DNA of 64,000 bases, taken from assembly GCA_044356725.1 (NCBI GenBank), contig JBIKVS010000002.1, positions 1 through 64,000 of the forward strand. Reading direction: 5' to 3'. The number at the start of each line of letters is the position of its first letter. The stretch's first letter is position 1. Below, piece by piece: positions 18,826-28,483 of the stretch. The position numbers and the translations under genes were made by a program. The DNA is from Minisyncoccia bacterium (GTDB lineage: Bacteria > Patescibacteriota > Minisyncoccia > SW-4-49-11). A model generated the notes under the pieces. It was given only the letters and a program-made list of their open reading frames with translations. It searched no databases and was not told where the DNA came from.

Positions 18826-21546
18826 TTAAGACTTAGTTTCATCTGCTATATATTTCTCATATAATTCGAATAAGAATACCATTCTATTGGCTTCACTGGT
18901 AAAGGCTTGTGGTCGATAAGCTAAATCAACGGCTTTGTCTAAGGCATTATGAGCTTTGATGAGTACTGGGGGCATAGTCAAGGGATCATACAAATCAGCT
19001 AGTGAGCTATTCGGGAATTGTGCCCTTGCATCTAATACATTCTGAGCGGCTATCTCTATAGCTTTGACTTGCTTATCACTTGGATTTTCTGGCCAAGGGA
19101 AAGTATTGTAAGTGTATAATGCAGAATATCTAAAGTCACTTTTCAATCTACCACATGTATATCTTACCCAAGTCATGTGAATGTATGAAGTCAAAACTCC
19201 AAATTCATAAACAGTTCCTTTAGGTACAATTTGAAGGTCATTACTTGCAATAATGTCAGAGTTTAAATAACCAATAGGGATATACTTTCTATTTTCAGAC
19301 GAAGTACGAGGAATAGCAATATAAAAGCCATCATTAGGCTGTCTATCTTCAGTAAACAATGATGGTATTTCAGCTTTTTTCTGAGTTGCAATCTTTGTAC
19401 TTTTAAGCCTCGTCTCTTTTACCAAATTGACCCTTTTCATAACTTCAGGCATTGCCTTTAGTTGTTCTGGTGGACAATTTTTAAGCCAGAGGCAATATCT
19501 CGTTCCTCCATTTAAAAAATCATAGCCACCAAGGTACTGTTTAATCCAAAAACTAGCAGATTTATCATTTTGCTCTATAAAATCTTTATCCTCAGCTAAT
19601 AAAATCAAATGCCCACCATCAGCAGGGACACTACCATTTACAAGTTTAGCCATTGAGCTTAAGGGTTTTGATCGTCCTTCAATAAATAAATCTTTTGCAT
19701 CAATCAAATATGGATTAATATTTTTAGCTTTGATTTCATGAGCTTCACCTCTAATATCTTCATATTCAAAGATTCGTTTATTATTAGTATCATAACTAGC
19801 AAAGCCAATAATCACACAATAAACTGCCGCATTTCCTTTGGCTTCATTACTCCATCTAAAGGTTCTATGAGCAAAATGAATCTTGATATTATAATTACTT
19901 AATAAATATCCCCATAGAATACTAGTCTGCTCTCCTTGTACAATTGAATTTGTGGATACAAAGGCTACTTTGATATTGGTATCTTGTATATATTGAGCAG
20001 CTTTGATATACCAACCTGTGACATAGTCTAATGTTCCCCCACCTGCTTTTTTATCAAACAATTGTATGATTTGGTCTCGTTGATTTTGTTTCATTATTTT
20101 AGCCCCAATAAAAGGTGGATTCCCTAAAATATAGGATAATTTATTTTTGGGGACTATATCTTCCCAATTCACTTCTAGGGCATCTCCATTTATAATTTTG
20201 GCAGATTTTTTGAGTGGTAAGCGGATATAATATTGTCCAAATTCATTGCTGACTTGCATATTCATTTGATGATCAATCAGCCACATTGCAACTTCAGCTA
20301 TTCTAGCAGGGAATTCTTCATATTCAATTCCATAAAATTGGTCAACATTAATCCACATAATAGTACTAATGTCAAATACTCGCTGTCCTGTCTTATGCAA
20401 GGCTCTGAGAACTTCTATCTCTAATAATCTTAATTCTCGATAAGTTATGACAAGGAAATTACCACAACCACAAGCAGGATCAAGGAAGGTTAGGGTGCTG
20501 AGTTTTTTATGAAATTCACCTAATTTATGTGAATTATCTTTGATACTTTCAAATTCTTTCCATAAATCATCTAGGAATAGCGGTTTGATGAGTTTGAGAA
20601 TATTGGTTTCACTGGTATAATGAGCTCCTAAATTTCTTCTTTCTTTTGGATTCATTACACTTTGGAACATTGATCCGAATATGGCTGGGGAGATTTGACT
20701 CCAGTTAATATAACAACAATTAAGTAATGCTTGTCGCATATTACTATCAAAACTTGCGGTTGGGAGTATTTCTTCAAAAAGTTTTCCATTAATATACGGA
20801 AAATCAGCAAGTTGTTCATCCAAATTGCTAAAACGATTTTCTTTGGGGGTATTCAATACCTGAAATAATTCTTGTAATTTAGCTGCTAAATCACTTCCGT
20901 CTTCTGCTGTCCGTTGTTCTAAATAATCTTGGAATTGTTGTTTATTAAAAATTGTGGTATCTTCTGAGAATAATAAGAATAGAATACGAACCAAATAAAC
21001 TTCTAATGGATGTCCAGTATATCCAATTTCTTTTAATCTGTCATGAAGTTTTCCCATTAACTCAGCAGCCTTTATATTGGCAGGATCTTGCTCTTTATAA
21101 ATTTTCTTTTGATATCCAAGCATATATCCAAAATGCTGAACATTGTCGATAAGTTTATTGAGTGTAAAATCTATAGTCTTATCTTCTTCTAAATCATATA
21201 ATCTAAAATTCTCAAAATCACATACCAGAATATATTTGGGTAATTCGTGTTGTTTCAGTCCATGAGTATATTCAATTGCTTGCTGATAGGCTTTATCGAG
21301 GTTTTTACCTCGACTTTTCATTTCAATTAAAATTGTTCCTTTCCAAAATAAATCAATATAGCCATCTTTATCATCTAGTTTTTTTACTCTATGTTCAAAG
21401 GTTGATACTCGTTTACTACTAATCCCAAAAACATTAAAGAACTCAACTAAAAATGGTTTCGCATCTGCTTCCTCATTGGTAGTATCTTCCCATTCTTTTG
21501 AAAATTTTAATGCTCTATCTTTTATTTCATTCCAGCTTAATGCCAT
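18826..21546 (-). CDS. MmeI-family fused restriction endonuclease / N6-adenine methyltransferase
   Basis: IDLFWKGTILIEMK nuclease motif, IFGSMFQ, GAHYTS, DPACGCGNF, GNPPF, GRLKSDFRYS, YNTFPWP. Confidence 0.93.
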   Translation of the reverse strand: MALSWNEIKDRALKFSKEWEDTTNEEADAKPFLVEFFNVFGISSKRVSTFEHRVKKLDDKDGYIDLFWKGTILIEMKSRGKNLDKAYQQAIEYTHGLKQHELPKYILVCDFENFRLYDLEEDKTIDFTLNKLIDNVQHFGYMLGYQKKIYKEQDPANIKAAELMGKLHDRLKEIGYTGHPLEVYLVRILFLLFSEDTTIFNKQQFQDYLEQRTAEDGSDLAAKLQELFQVLNTPKENRFSNLDEQLADFPYINGKLFEEILPTASFDSNMRQALLNCCYINWSQISPAIFGSMFQSVMNPKERRNLGAHYTSETNILKLIKPLFLDDLWKEFESIKDNSHKLGEFHKKLSTLTFLDPACGCGNFLVITYRELRLLEIEVLRALHKTGQRVFDISTIMWINVDQFYGIEYEEFPARIAEVAMWLIDHQMNMQVSNEFGQYYIRLPLKKSAKIINGDALEVNWEDIVPKNKLSYILGNPPFIGAKIMKQNQRDQIIQLFDKKAGGGTLDYVTGWYIKAAQYIQDTNIKVAFVSTNSIVQGEQTSILWGYLLSNYNIKIHFAHRTFRWSNEAKGNAAVYCVIIGFASYDTNNKRIFEYEDIRGEAHEIKAKNINPYLIDAKDLFIEGRSKPLSSMAKLVNGSVPADGGHLILLAEDKDFIEQNDKSASFWIKQYLGGYDFLNGGTRYCLWLKNCPPEQLKAMPEVMKRVNLVKETRLKSTKIATQKKAEIPSLFTEDRQPNDGFYIAIPRTSSENRKYIPIGYLNSDIIASNDLQIVPKGTVYEFGVLTSYIHMTWVRYTCGRLKSDFRYSALYTYNTFPWPENPSDKQVKAIEIAAQNVLDARAQFPNSSLADLYDPLTMPPVLIKAHNALDKAVDLAYRPQAFTSEANRMVFLFELYEKYIADETKS

Positions 21547-21566
21547 ATTTGTAAAATTATTATTTT

Positions 21567-22517
21567 TTATTTAGCTGTTTTTTGTTGAGTGACTATTTCA
21601 TAGGCCATAATGGCAGTGGCGGTGGCTACATTGAGTGATTGAATTTGTCCATACATTGGGATATACCCGAGCATATCACAGCTAGATGCTATACTTGGTC
21701 TCAAGCCTTTGCCTTCACTACCCATTACTAAGACGGTTGGTAAATTATTAAAGTCATATTGATAAAAAGGTGTAGCTTCAGGATTACATTCACTTCCTAA
21801 TATCCAAAATCCTGTTTGTTTGAGAGTATTAAGAGCTGTGTTCATATTCCCAACTTGGACTAAGGGGACATATTTATCTGCTCCTGAGGCTACTTTAGAG
21901 GCTACTGGGGAGATAATTCCTCCGCGATGTTTTGGGAATAATACTCCAAGAGCTCCCATAGTTTCAGCTACTCGGATAATAGCTCCGATATTCTGCTGGT
22001 CAGTAATCTCATCTAGGGCTATGACTAGTCCACCTGGATTTTGTTCTAACTTAGCTTTGATACTATATATCCAATCCTCTAATCCTAATAATGGCTCGGC
22101 TGTAATAAGGGCTACGATGCCTTGATGTATATAATCCCCTGCTTCGGATATTTCTTTTTCAAGTAGTCCTGTGATTTTTTGAATTGGGACATATTGTACT
22201 AGTGCTAAAGACTCTTTGGCCAGTTCCAAAATTTGCTCTAATCTCTTGTCTCTAACTTGATTTTCTCTAGTGATATAAATTTTCTGTACTCTCTTTGGTG
22301 ATTTTTTGAGTACTTCTAAAACTGAGTTTTTACCATAGATATATTGGCTACTGTCTTTGTCTATTAAAACTTTACCTTTACTTGGTTTGGCGATTTGATT
22401 GGCTGGATTTCGTCGATGTTTGGTAGTTGGCAAAGCTGACTTTGGTACATCTTTTCGGGGAGATGGGCGATTTGACTTTGACTTAAGCTTTGACTTCTTC
22501 TTGGTAGGATATGGCAT
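21567..22517 (-). CDS. rlmB: 23S rRNA 2'-O-methyltransferase (SPOUT) with basic N-terminal extension
   Basis: NIGAIIR, MGSEGKG, IPMYG..QSLNVA. Confidence 0.88.
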   Translation of the reverse strand: MPYPTKKKSKLKSKSNRPSPRKDVPKSALPTTKHRRNPANQIAKPSKGKVLIDKDSSQYIYGKNSVLEVLKKSPKRVQKIYITRENQVRDKRLEQILELAKESLALVQYVPIQKITGLLEKEISEAGDYIHQGIVALITAEPLLGLEDWIYSIKAKLEQNPGGLVIALDEITDQQNIGAIIRVAETMGALGVLFPKHRGGIISPVASKVASGADKYVPLVQVGNMNTALNTLKQTGFWILGSECNPEATPFYQYDFNNLPTVLVMGSEGKGLRPSIASSCDMLGYIPMYGQIQSLNVATATAIMAYEIVTQQKTAK

Positions 22518-22582
22518 ATATAGTATGAATTATTATGCCTATATTAGCATATATTAAGGGTTTTGTATAGGTGGGAGGGTAT

Positions 22583-22772
22583 AATTATGAATTATGAGTT
22601 GTTAATGATACTTATACAGGCTCATTATATTTTAGTCCTCCCTCCAAAGGGAGACAATATTTCAAGTTGCAAAATAATCCACCACCGGCACTTCGTGCCA
22701 CCTCCTCCAAAGGAGGACAATATAATACAAAGTTCAGGCGACTAGTAGGTCGCCCCTCAACGAGGGGAATTT
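22583..22772. repeat. REP-like mosaic C
   Basis: aattatg heptamers, then ccctccaaagggagacaa, ccaccggcacttcgtgccacctcctccaaaggaggacaa and ggcgactagtaggtcgcc. Confidence 0.85.
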
Positions 22773-22783
22773 AATTCAAAGTT

Positions 22784-24586
22784 CTAAGCATATATAACAT
22801 TAGGATTATATTCTATTAACTCTTGTTGATTTCTTGAGAGATTATCAATTTTTTGCTTTAATTCAGTGATTTTTGATTGTTTAACATAGAAGTCATCAGG
22901 CATTTGATAATTATCTATGTATGCTTTTAAATCATTCAATGCTTTAATAATAGAACTATTATCTGTAAGTTCTATTTTCCCTAATCTACTCCTTATATAT
23001 TCACTTTGACTATATATTCTATTTAATTCTTCTACGCTAGATGTGTTAATAGAAAATTCAGAATTTATTGTATTATATTCACTACTATATTGGTCTCGAT
23101 TATTAATTCTTAATTTTATATTTTCTAAAATTGGACTTAATCTAGATATGGCATCTCTGTCTTTAGTAAGATCCCATCTTGACTTAGATTTATTCTGTTG
23201 TAGGTAATCCTCTATTTGTTTTAGTTGCGCTATTCTCAAATTTCTTTCTTCTGGTACTCTAAAATCACGAAGTGCTCTGATATTGCTTATAGCTTTCTTT
23301 AAGCTATTTAATTCAGTGTCTATAGATTTTGTATTATCTGTGATTTGACTTGCTAATTCTCCTAAAGTTTTTTGATAATCTTCTTGTAATTCAAAACCTT
23401 TATCCTTTAATCTAACTTCACAAGTGATTTCTGCTAATTTTCTTGATAATAAATCTATATTTAGAATATCAACAGACCTATCTCTTTCTAAATGAGAAGC
23501 TTCTTGATATGATGAATCTCCCTCAATACCTTCTACTTCTTGTTGTAAATTATTTTTACTATCTAAAAGTAAATTCAATTCTCTCTCTTTAGCTACCCCA
23601 GCAAAATATTGAATAGATCTTTCAGTTTGTTCTGAACCTGAATAAACTCCTGAATCTGTTTTAAGTTTTTTAATTCTATCCATTCCTGCAACATACCCGT
23701 ATAATTCAAATATTCTAGATAGATTTTCATCAGATATATCAAACATATCTACTCCATCCACTGTCTTAGTAAATTCAGTTTTAGATAATGTTTCTTCTAA
23801 TTCTCTTTGAGATTGTTCTAATAAAATAGGTTTGTCATTAGCTTCAGCTCCGATTTCTGTATAATTGGTTTGTGCTTCTTTTAATTTCTCTTGTAGATCT
23901 CCTAATCTCTTTTGTATATCTGTATCTACTAATGCTTTAGTCTCTGCATCAAAAGCTGTTATTTTTGATTCTACCTCCTGTAAAGCTTCTTCATTGGCAC
24001 TTACTCGTTTACGATATGTCGGAAGATTCTTAGCTTCTTCAGTGAATTCTTCAAATGTCTTTTTTGTATCAGGATTTAATTGTTTTAATTCACCATAAGC
24101 TTGTGCAATCATCTGTGAAAGTTGTAGTTGTCTTTCTTCTAATTTTATTTTTTTATCTTCCAAACTAATTCTAGTTTTTTGTCTAGATTCTAAGGTTTTA
24201 TTTTGTATTGCATCAAATACTTCTCCCTCCCCACTTTCTAATTGCTGGATTTGAGATTTAATGTCTTGTATTTCTAATCCTTGTAATGATAATCCGTCTT
24301 CATTCACTTCAAACTTTGGCTTTGACGCTTCCCCCTCTTGCTGAACTAAACTATCTAATTCAGCCGCAAGACTATCTTCTGGCACCTCAGTATCTACCCC
24401 TTCACCACCTTCAGATATCGCCTCGCCTTCAAGATTCTCTCCTACCAGCTCTGCAGTTAAATCTGCTGGACTCATTATCTCTGGCTCGGTTTGGGGTACA
24501 GATGATTGATTACTGACACCTCCTCCTTCTGGCAACTCTGGGCTGCTTAATATATGTGGGTTTTGGTCTGGATTGAAGCTATTCAT
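22784..24586 (-). CDS. Hypothetical 600-aa coiled-coil protein with acidic, probably disordered N-terminus
   Basis: Long ORF rich in E/K/Q/L heptads; no catalytic motif recognised. Confidence 0.75.
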   Translation of the reverse strand: MNSFNPDQNPHILSSPELPEGGGVSNQSSVPQTEPEIMSPADLTAELVGENLEGEAISEGGEGVDTEVPEDSLAAELDSLVQQEGEASKPKFEVNEDGLSLQGLEIQDIKSQIQQLESGEGEVFDAIQNKTLESRQKTRISLEDKKIKLEERQLQLSQMIAQAYGELKQLNPDTKKTFEEFTEEAKNLPTYRKRVSANEEALQEVESKITAFDAETKALVDTDIQKRLGDLQEKLKEAQTNYTEIGAEANDKPILLEQSQRELEETLSKTEFTKTVDGVDMFDISDENLSRIFELYGYVAGMDRIKKLKTDSGVYSGSEQTERSIQYFAGVAKERELNLLLDSKNNLQQEVEGIEGDSSYQEASHLERDRSVDILNIDLLSRKLAEITCEVRLKDKGFELQEDYQKTLGELASQITDNTKSIDTELNSLKKAISNIRALRDFRVPEERNLRIAQLKQIEDYLQQNKSKSRWDLTKDRDAISRLSPILENIKLRINNRDQYSSEYNTINSEFSINTSSVEELNRIYSQSEYIRSRLGKIELTDNSSIIKALNDLKAYIDNYQMPDDFYVKQSKITELKQKIDNLSRNQQELIEYNPNVIYA

Positions 24587-24598
24587 ATTAATGATTTT

Positions 24599-25861
24599 TT
24601 AATCTGGGAATACCATTTTTAAGAGTTTTTGAATTGGATTTAATATTTTTGATGAACTTTTTTTCATTACATTAGATAGATTGTCTTTGGAGTCTTGTGA
24701 GTATTCTATATGGTCAAACTCTGATTTTATTAGTCCAACTAAATTAGCATAGATTGGATTATCTACATCAGCTATACTACCTTCTACTCCTTGAGGAGTG
24801 CCAATTTTGACTGGTAATTTAAGCTCTTGCTTAGCTAAATCAGCTATTGCTTTCAAATTCGCTCCTCCACCTACTAGCACTACTCCTGCTGGTAATAATC
24901 CATCTCTTTCAATTTTCTTTAATTCTTGAGTGATAAGTTCGAATATTTCTTTTGACCTAGCTTCGATTATACTAGCTATATAGGCTACTGGAAATATTCC
25001 TTCTTCTTCAGAATCAATTTTTGATAAATCAATTTTTAATTTAGCACTCTCTCCTAAGGATTTTTCTAGAGCTACTCCATATTTTAGTTTTATTTTCTCA
25101 GATACTTCAATAGATGTTCGAAGTCCAATAGCTAAATCATTAGTAATATGATTTGCTCCAACTGGAATTACTCCTATATGGATTATATGTCCTTCTTCAT
25201 ATACAGCTATTGAGGTTGTACCTGCTCCTAAGTCTATCACTGCTACTCCTAAATCTTTTTGTTTTTTGGTTAATACAGAATTAGCTGAGGCAATTATACC
25301 AATTTCTTGAGATGCTACTTTTAGTCCTAAATTATGGACACATTTTTCTAAACTTTTGATGGATGATGAATTATTTTCTACAATTAAAGCCTCTACTTCT
25401 AATCTAATACCATTCATTCCGACTGGGTTCTTGATACCAGTTTCTTCATCTAAGGTATATGTTTTGGGAATTATATCTATAACTTCCTTATTTTGACTAC
25501 TTGGTCCTGGATTGGCATTAGCAATAACTCTGTTTACATCTTCCTCTGTGACATCTCCATCTATTTTGGAGACTGCTATTCTTTCTGAGGAAGAGTAACT
25601 TTTAATATGTACTCCATTAATTGAGATATGTATTTCTTTGATATCTTCCTCTACCATTTTAGAGGTGTATTCTAAAGCTTCACTAATACTATGGGTAGCA
25701 TCTTGAATATCGCTCACCACACCTTTTTTCACTCCTTCACTAGGAGCTACTCCAAGCGCAATAATAGAAGGTGTTTTATCTTCTCTTAGACGCTTTCCTA
25801 TGGCCATCTTAGTAAAAGATGTTCCTACGTCTAATCCAACTATTATTTCATTTTGGGCCAT
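24599..25861 (-). CDS. ftsA: Cell division protein FtsA
   Basis: GLDVGT, NPVGMNGIRLEV, DLGAGTT, ITNDLA, LVGGGA. Confidence 0.96.
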   Translation of the reverse strand: MAQNEIIVGLDVGTSFTKMAIGKRLREDKTPSIIALGVAPSEGVKKGVVSDIQDATHSISEALEYTSKMVEEDIKEIHISINGVHIKSYSSSERIAVSKIDGDVTEEDVNRVIANANPGPSSQNKEVIDIIPKTYTLDEETGIKNPVGMNGIRLEVEALIVENNSSSIKSLEKCVHNLGLKVASQEIGIIASANSVLTKKQKDLGVAVIDLGAGTTSIAVYEEGHIIHIGVIPVGANHITNDLAIGLRTSIEVSEKIKLKYGVALEKSLGESAKLKIDLSKIDSEEEGIFPVAYIASIIEARSKEIFELITQELKKIERDGLLPAGVVLVGGGANLKAIADLAKQELKLPVKIGTPQGVEGSIADVDNPIYANLVGLIKSEFDHIEYSQDSKDNLSNVMKKSSSKILNPIQKLLKMVFPD

Positions 25862-25906
25862 AATTTATATATATTGTTTTTATATTTTCTATTATATCAT
25901 ATAGTT

Positions 25907-26356
25907 TTAAGAAAATGAATAGTGTTGTTTAATAATTTTTAATAAATCTTCTTCTTTAGAATGCATCTCCTCATAATCTTCATCTGTCTGATGGTCATAT
26001 CCTATCAAGTGACATAGCCCATGGACACATAAAGTGGCTATTTCATAGTCTATACGATGTCCTAATTCTTCAGACTGAGATAGAGCTTTATTATAACATA
26101 TTACAATTTCTCCTAAAGTCATATCTTCCATAGAATAGTCTGACATCAGATTAAAAGATAAGACATCGGTAACTTTGTCTTTATTTCTATATTGAGCATT
26201 CAAATTTTGAATAGTACTTTCTGATACAATTGCCACACTAACTGTTGTATCCTGAAATTTACGGTCAATATTTTTACTAAATATGTCTACACATAAAGCT
26301 ATCAGATTATTATAATCTGGTATATTAGGAACTTGTGATTCAAATTCCAATATCAT
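25907..26356 (-). CDS. ybeY: rRNA maturation endoribonuclease
   Basis: TDVLSF, HGLCHLIGYDH. Confidence 0.96.
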   Translation of the reverse strand: MILEFESQVPNIPDYNNLIALCVDIFSKNIDRKFQDTTVSVAIVSESTIQNLNAQYRNKDKVTDVLSFNLMSDYSMEDMTLGEIVICYNKALSQSEELGHRIDYEIATLCVHGLCHLIGYDHQTDEDYEEMHSKEEDLLKIIKQHYSFS

Positions 26357-26359
26357 AAT

Positions 26360-26800
26360 TTAGGCTAATTTAGTTTGAACTAAATCTTTAATTTGATTAC
26401 CGTCAGCTTTACCTTGAGCTTTACTTACTACTAGTTTCATCACTGAACCAAAGTTAGCAGAATCTCCAAGCTCAGAGATACTAGCTTCCACTAATTGCTC
26501 TAGTTCTACATCAGTCAATTTAGCTGGCAAATATCTCTGTATAATCTCTAATTCAGACATTTCAGAGGCTACCAAGTCCTCTCTTCCTCCCTCTTGATAG
26601 GCTTGAATAGAGTCTTTTCTTTGTTTCTCTAGCTTGGACAAAACTTTAATCACATCGCTGTCTTCTAATGGACTCCCTTTATCAATTTCTGCATTTTTAA
26701 ACTCTGAGCTTAGAGTTCTAAGTACAGTTTTGGCAAGGTCATCTCTATCTTTCATTGCCTGTACCATATCTTTTTTAATTGTAAGAGCAATATTAGACAT
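26360..26800 (-). CDS. yqeY: GatB/YqeY-domain protein
   Basis: AMK, KQRKDS...GREDL...E...YLP; follows rpsU. Confidence 0.92.
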   Translation of the reverse strand: MSNIALTIKKDMVQAMKDRDDLAKTVLRTLSSEFKNAEIDKGSPLEDSDVIKVLSKLEKQRKDSIQAYQEGGREDLVASEMSELEIIQRYLPAKLTDVELEQLVEASISELGDSANFGSVMKLVVSKAQGKADGNQIKDLVQTKLA

Positions 26801-26811
26801 AAATCAATATA

Positions 26812-27081
26812 TTATTTGATACTAGCTTTAATTTTGAGCTTATACTTATTGGGTAATTTTTCTGTAGATCGAACTTTTCCCATTTTGACAAGCTTATCTT
26901 TTTCAGTTAAGAATTGTACTTTTTTGATTGCAGCTTGTCTTTGCTTAGTTTTAGACTTACCTTTAGTCAAAAATCTAGAGGCTCTAGCTTGGCTTAAAAC
27001 TTCACTTTTTTGAATGCGTCGAGTAAATCGTCGAATCATAGATTCCACGTTTTCCTTTTCTCTCTTTATTACTTCTACCAT
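26812..27081 (-). CDS. rpsU: 30S ribosomal protein S21 with basic C-terminal extension
   Basis: VEVIKREKENVESMIRRFTRRIQKS; rpsU-yqeY gene order. Confidence 0.88.
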   Translation of the reverse strand: MVEVIKREKENVESMIRRFTRRIQKSEVLSQARASRFLTKGKSKTKQRQAAIKKVQFLTEKDKLVKMGKVRSTEKLPNKYKLKIKASIK

Positions 27082-27089
27082 ATATTACA

Positions 27090-27183
27090 ACCTCCTTTCA
27101 TTATTTTGACCAAATAAAGTTGGTCTTATAGCTTATATTAAGACTTTAAAATCAATTTTACCACAGAATAATATTTTTTGCAA
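27090..27183 (-). promoter_or_regulatory. Own promoter and strong SD for rpsU
   Basis: TTGCAA (27178-27183), 17 bp, TGgTAAAAT (-10 at 27155-27160); GAAAGGAGGT (27090-27099) ends 8 nt before the ATG. Confidence 0.85.
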
Positions 27184-27199
27184 TAGTATGTATTGACAT

Positions 27200-28480
27200 T
27201 TATTTAGTTACTTTTTTACTTAAAATAGATATCAACTTATCAATCGGGATAATTTCTTGATTTTCACTTTCTTTATCTCTTAGAATTACAGTTCCATCTA
27301 CTGCCTCTTTACGCCCTACAATCAAGGTGACTTCTGCATCTGACTGTTTAGCTTTTAATAGCTGTTGTCTAAGACTTTTAATTCCAAAGTTTTCTTTGAC
27401 ATCTAATCCGTGTTTTTGAATTAAAGATAATATTTTTAAGGCACTTTTCTGTCCCTCAAGCCCAATAGAAGCTACAAATATATCTGGCTTTTTACCTTTA
27501 TTTAATTTATTAGGGTTGATTTTTTGCACTAAATCTAATAATAAATCGACATAAATTTCTATTCCGACAGCACCTGAACGCTTATTACCACCTAATAGTT
27601 CAAATAATTCATTATGTCTACCTCCTCTGACCAAAATCATCTCTGGATAATCTTGACTCATAATTTCAAAATATACTCCTTCATTAAATCCAATGGAACC
27701 CGCCAAAGTAGATTCTAAATTATATTGTATATCAAGAGTATCCAAAAATTCTAATACCGCTTTGAAATACTGAGTCTCTTCTGTACTAAGATAATCTACT
27801 ATTTGAGGTATTCTAATATTAACATCTGTATCTAAACTCAAAAGCTCATTGTATAATTGAATGGGATTATATGATAAAGAACTTGATAGATCTTTAAATC
27901 TTTTTGGAGTCTTTGATATTAATTCTTTATAATACTGTTCTCTAGAATCTAAATTTCCAAGAACATTAATATTAACAACTAAATTTGTGATTCCTTGTGA
28001 TTCCAGCATACGATAAGCCGTCAAAATCAGTTCTGCATCCCGAATAGGATTAATATCTCCTATACATTCAGCTTTAAATACATGGAATTGTTTTGGAGTA
28101 GTAGCACTGTTATTATCATCATCTACCAAAGATATACCATAATCAAATAGCTTAAGTGACTCCTCTTGATATGGGATATTATTATCTATCACCGTTTTTA
28201 ATATTCCAATTGGACCAGGCGCTCCTAATACGATGGTATTTTTAGATTTATATTTTACAGTAAATAATGATTCTGTAGCTCCAATATTTAACTTATGTAA
28301 AATTTTATTATTAAACACTGATGCTTCTTGAGTAAAAGTAAAGCCACTATTTTGATATCCCACACTTTTTAGAGTATCTCTAATATCTGAGACCACACAG
28401 TCCCAAATATTTGAAAATTCAGGATTAATAATGGCTGTATCTAATGAGTGATTTTTTCTTACACCTCGTCGTCTTCTCAT
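27200..28480 (-). CDS. Degenerate histidyl-tRNA synthetase paralog with anticodon-binding domain
   Basis: HisRS layout (QF....ECIG...DAE.I, GGRHNEL, C-terminal KSLRQQL..A...IVG.KE) but catalytic motifs altered. Confidence 0.82.
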   Translation of the reverse strand: MRRRRGVRKNHSLDTAIINPEFSNIWDCVVSDIRDTLKSVGYQNSGFTFTQEASVFNNKILHKLNIGATESLFTVKYKSKNTIVLGAPGPIGILKTVIDNNIPYQEESLKLFDYGISLVDDDNNSATTPKQFHVFKAECIGDINPIRDAELILTAYRMLESQGITNLVVNINVLGNLDSREQYYKELISKTPKRFKDLSSSLSYNPIQLYNELLSLDTDVNIRIPQIVDYLSTEETQYFKAVLEFLDTLDIQYNLESTLAGSIGFNEGVYFEIMSQDYPEMILVRGGRHNELFELLGGNKRSGAVGIEIYVDLLLDLVQKINPNKLNKGKKPDIFVASIGLEGQKSALKILSLIQKHGLDVKENFGIKSLRQQLLKAKQSDAEVTLIVGRKEAVDGTVILRDKESENQEIIPIDKLISILSKKVTK

Positions 28481-28483
28481 AAT

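Noticed and set aside
17198-18826. Prophage or integrative element at tRNA-Ile
   Set aside because: No integrase, phage genes or duplicated tRNA 3' end found
22563-22745. 60-aa ORF, and likewise 45770-45985
   Set aside because: They are translations of REP mosaic and heptamer sequence
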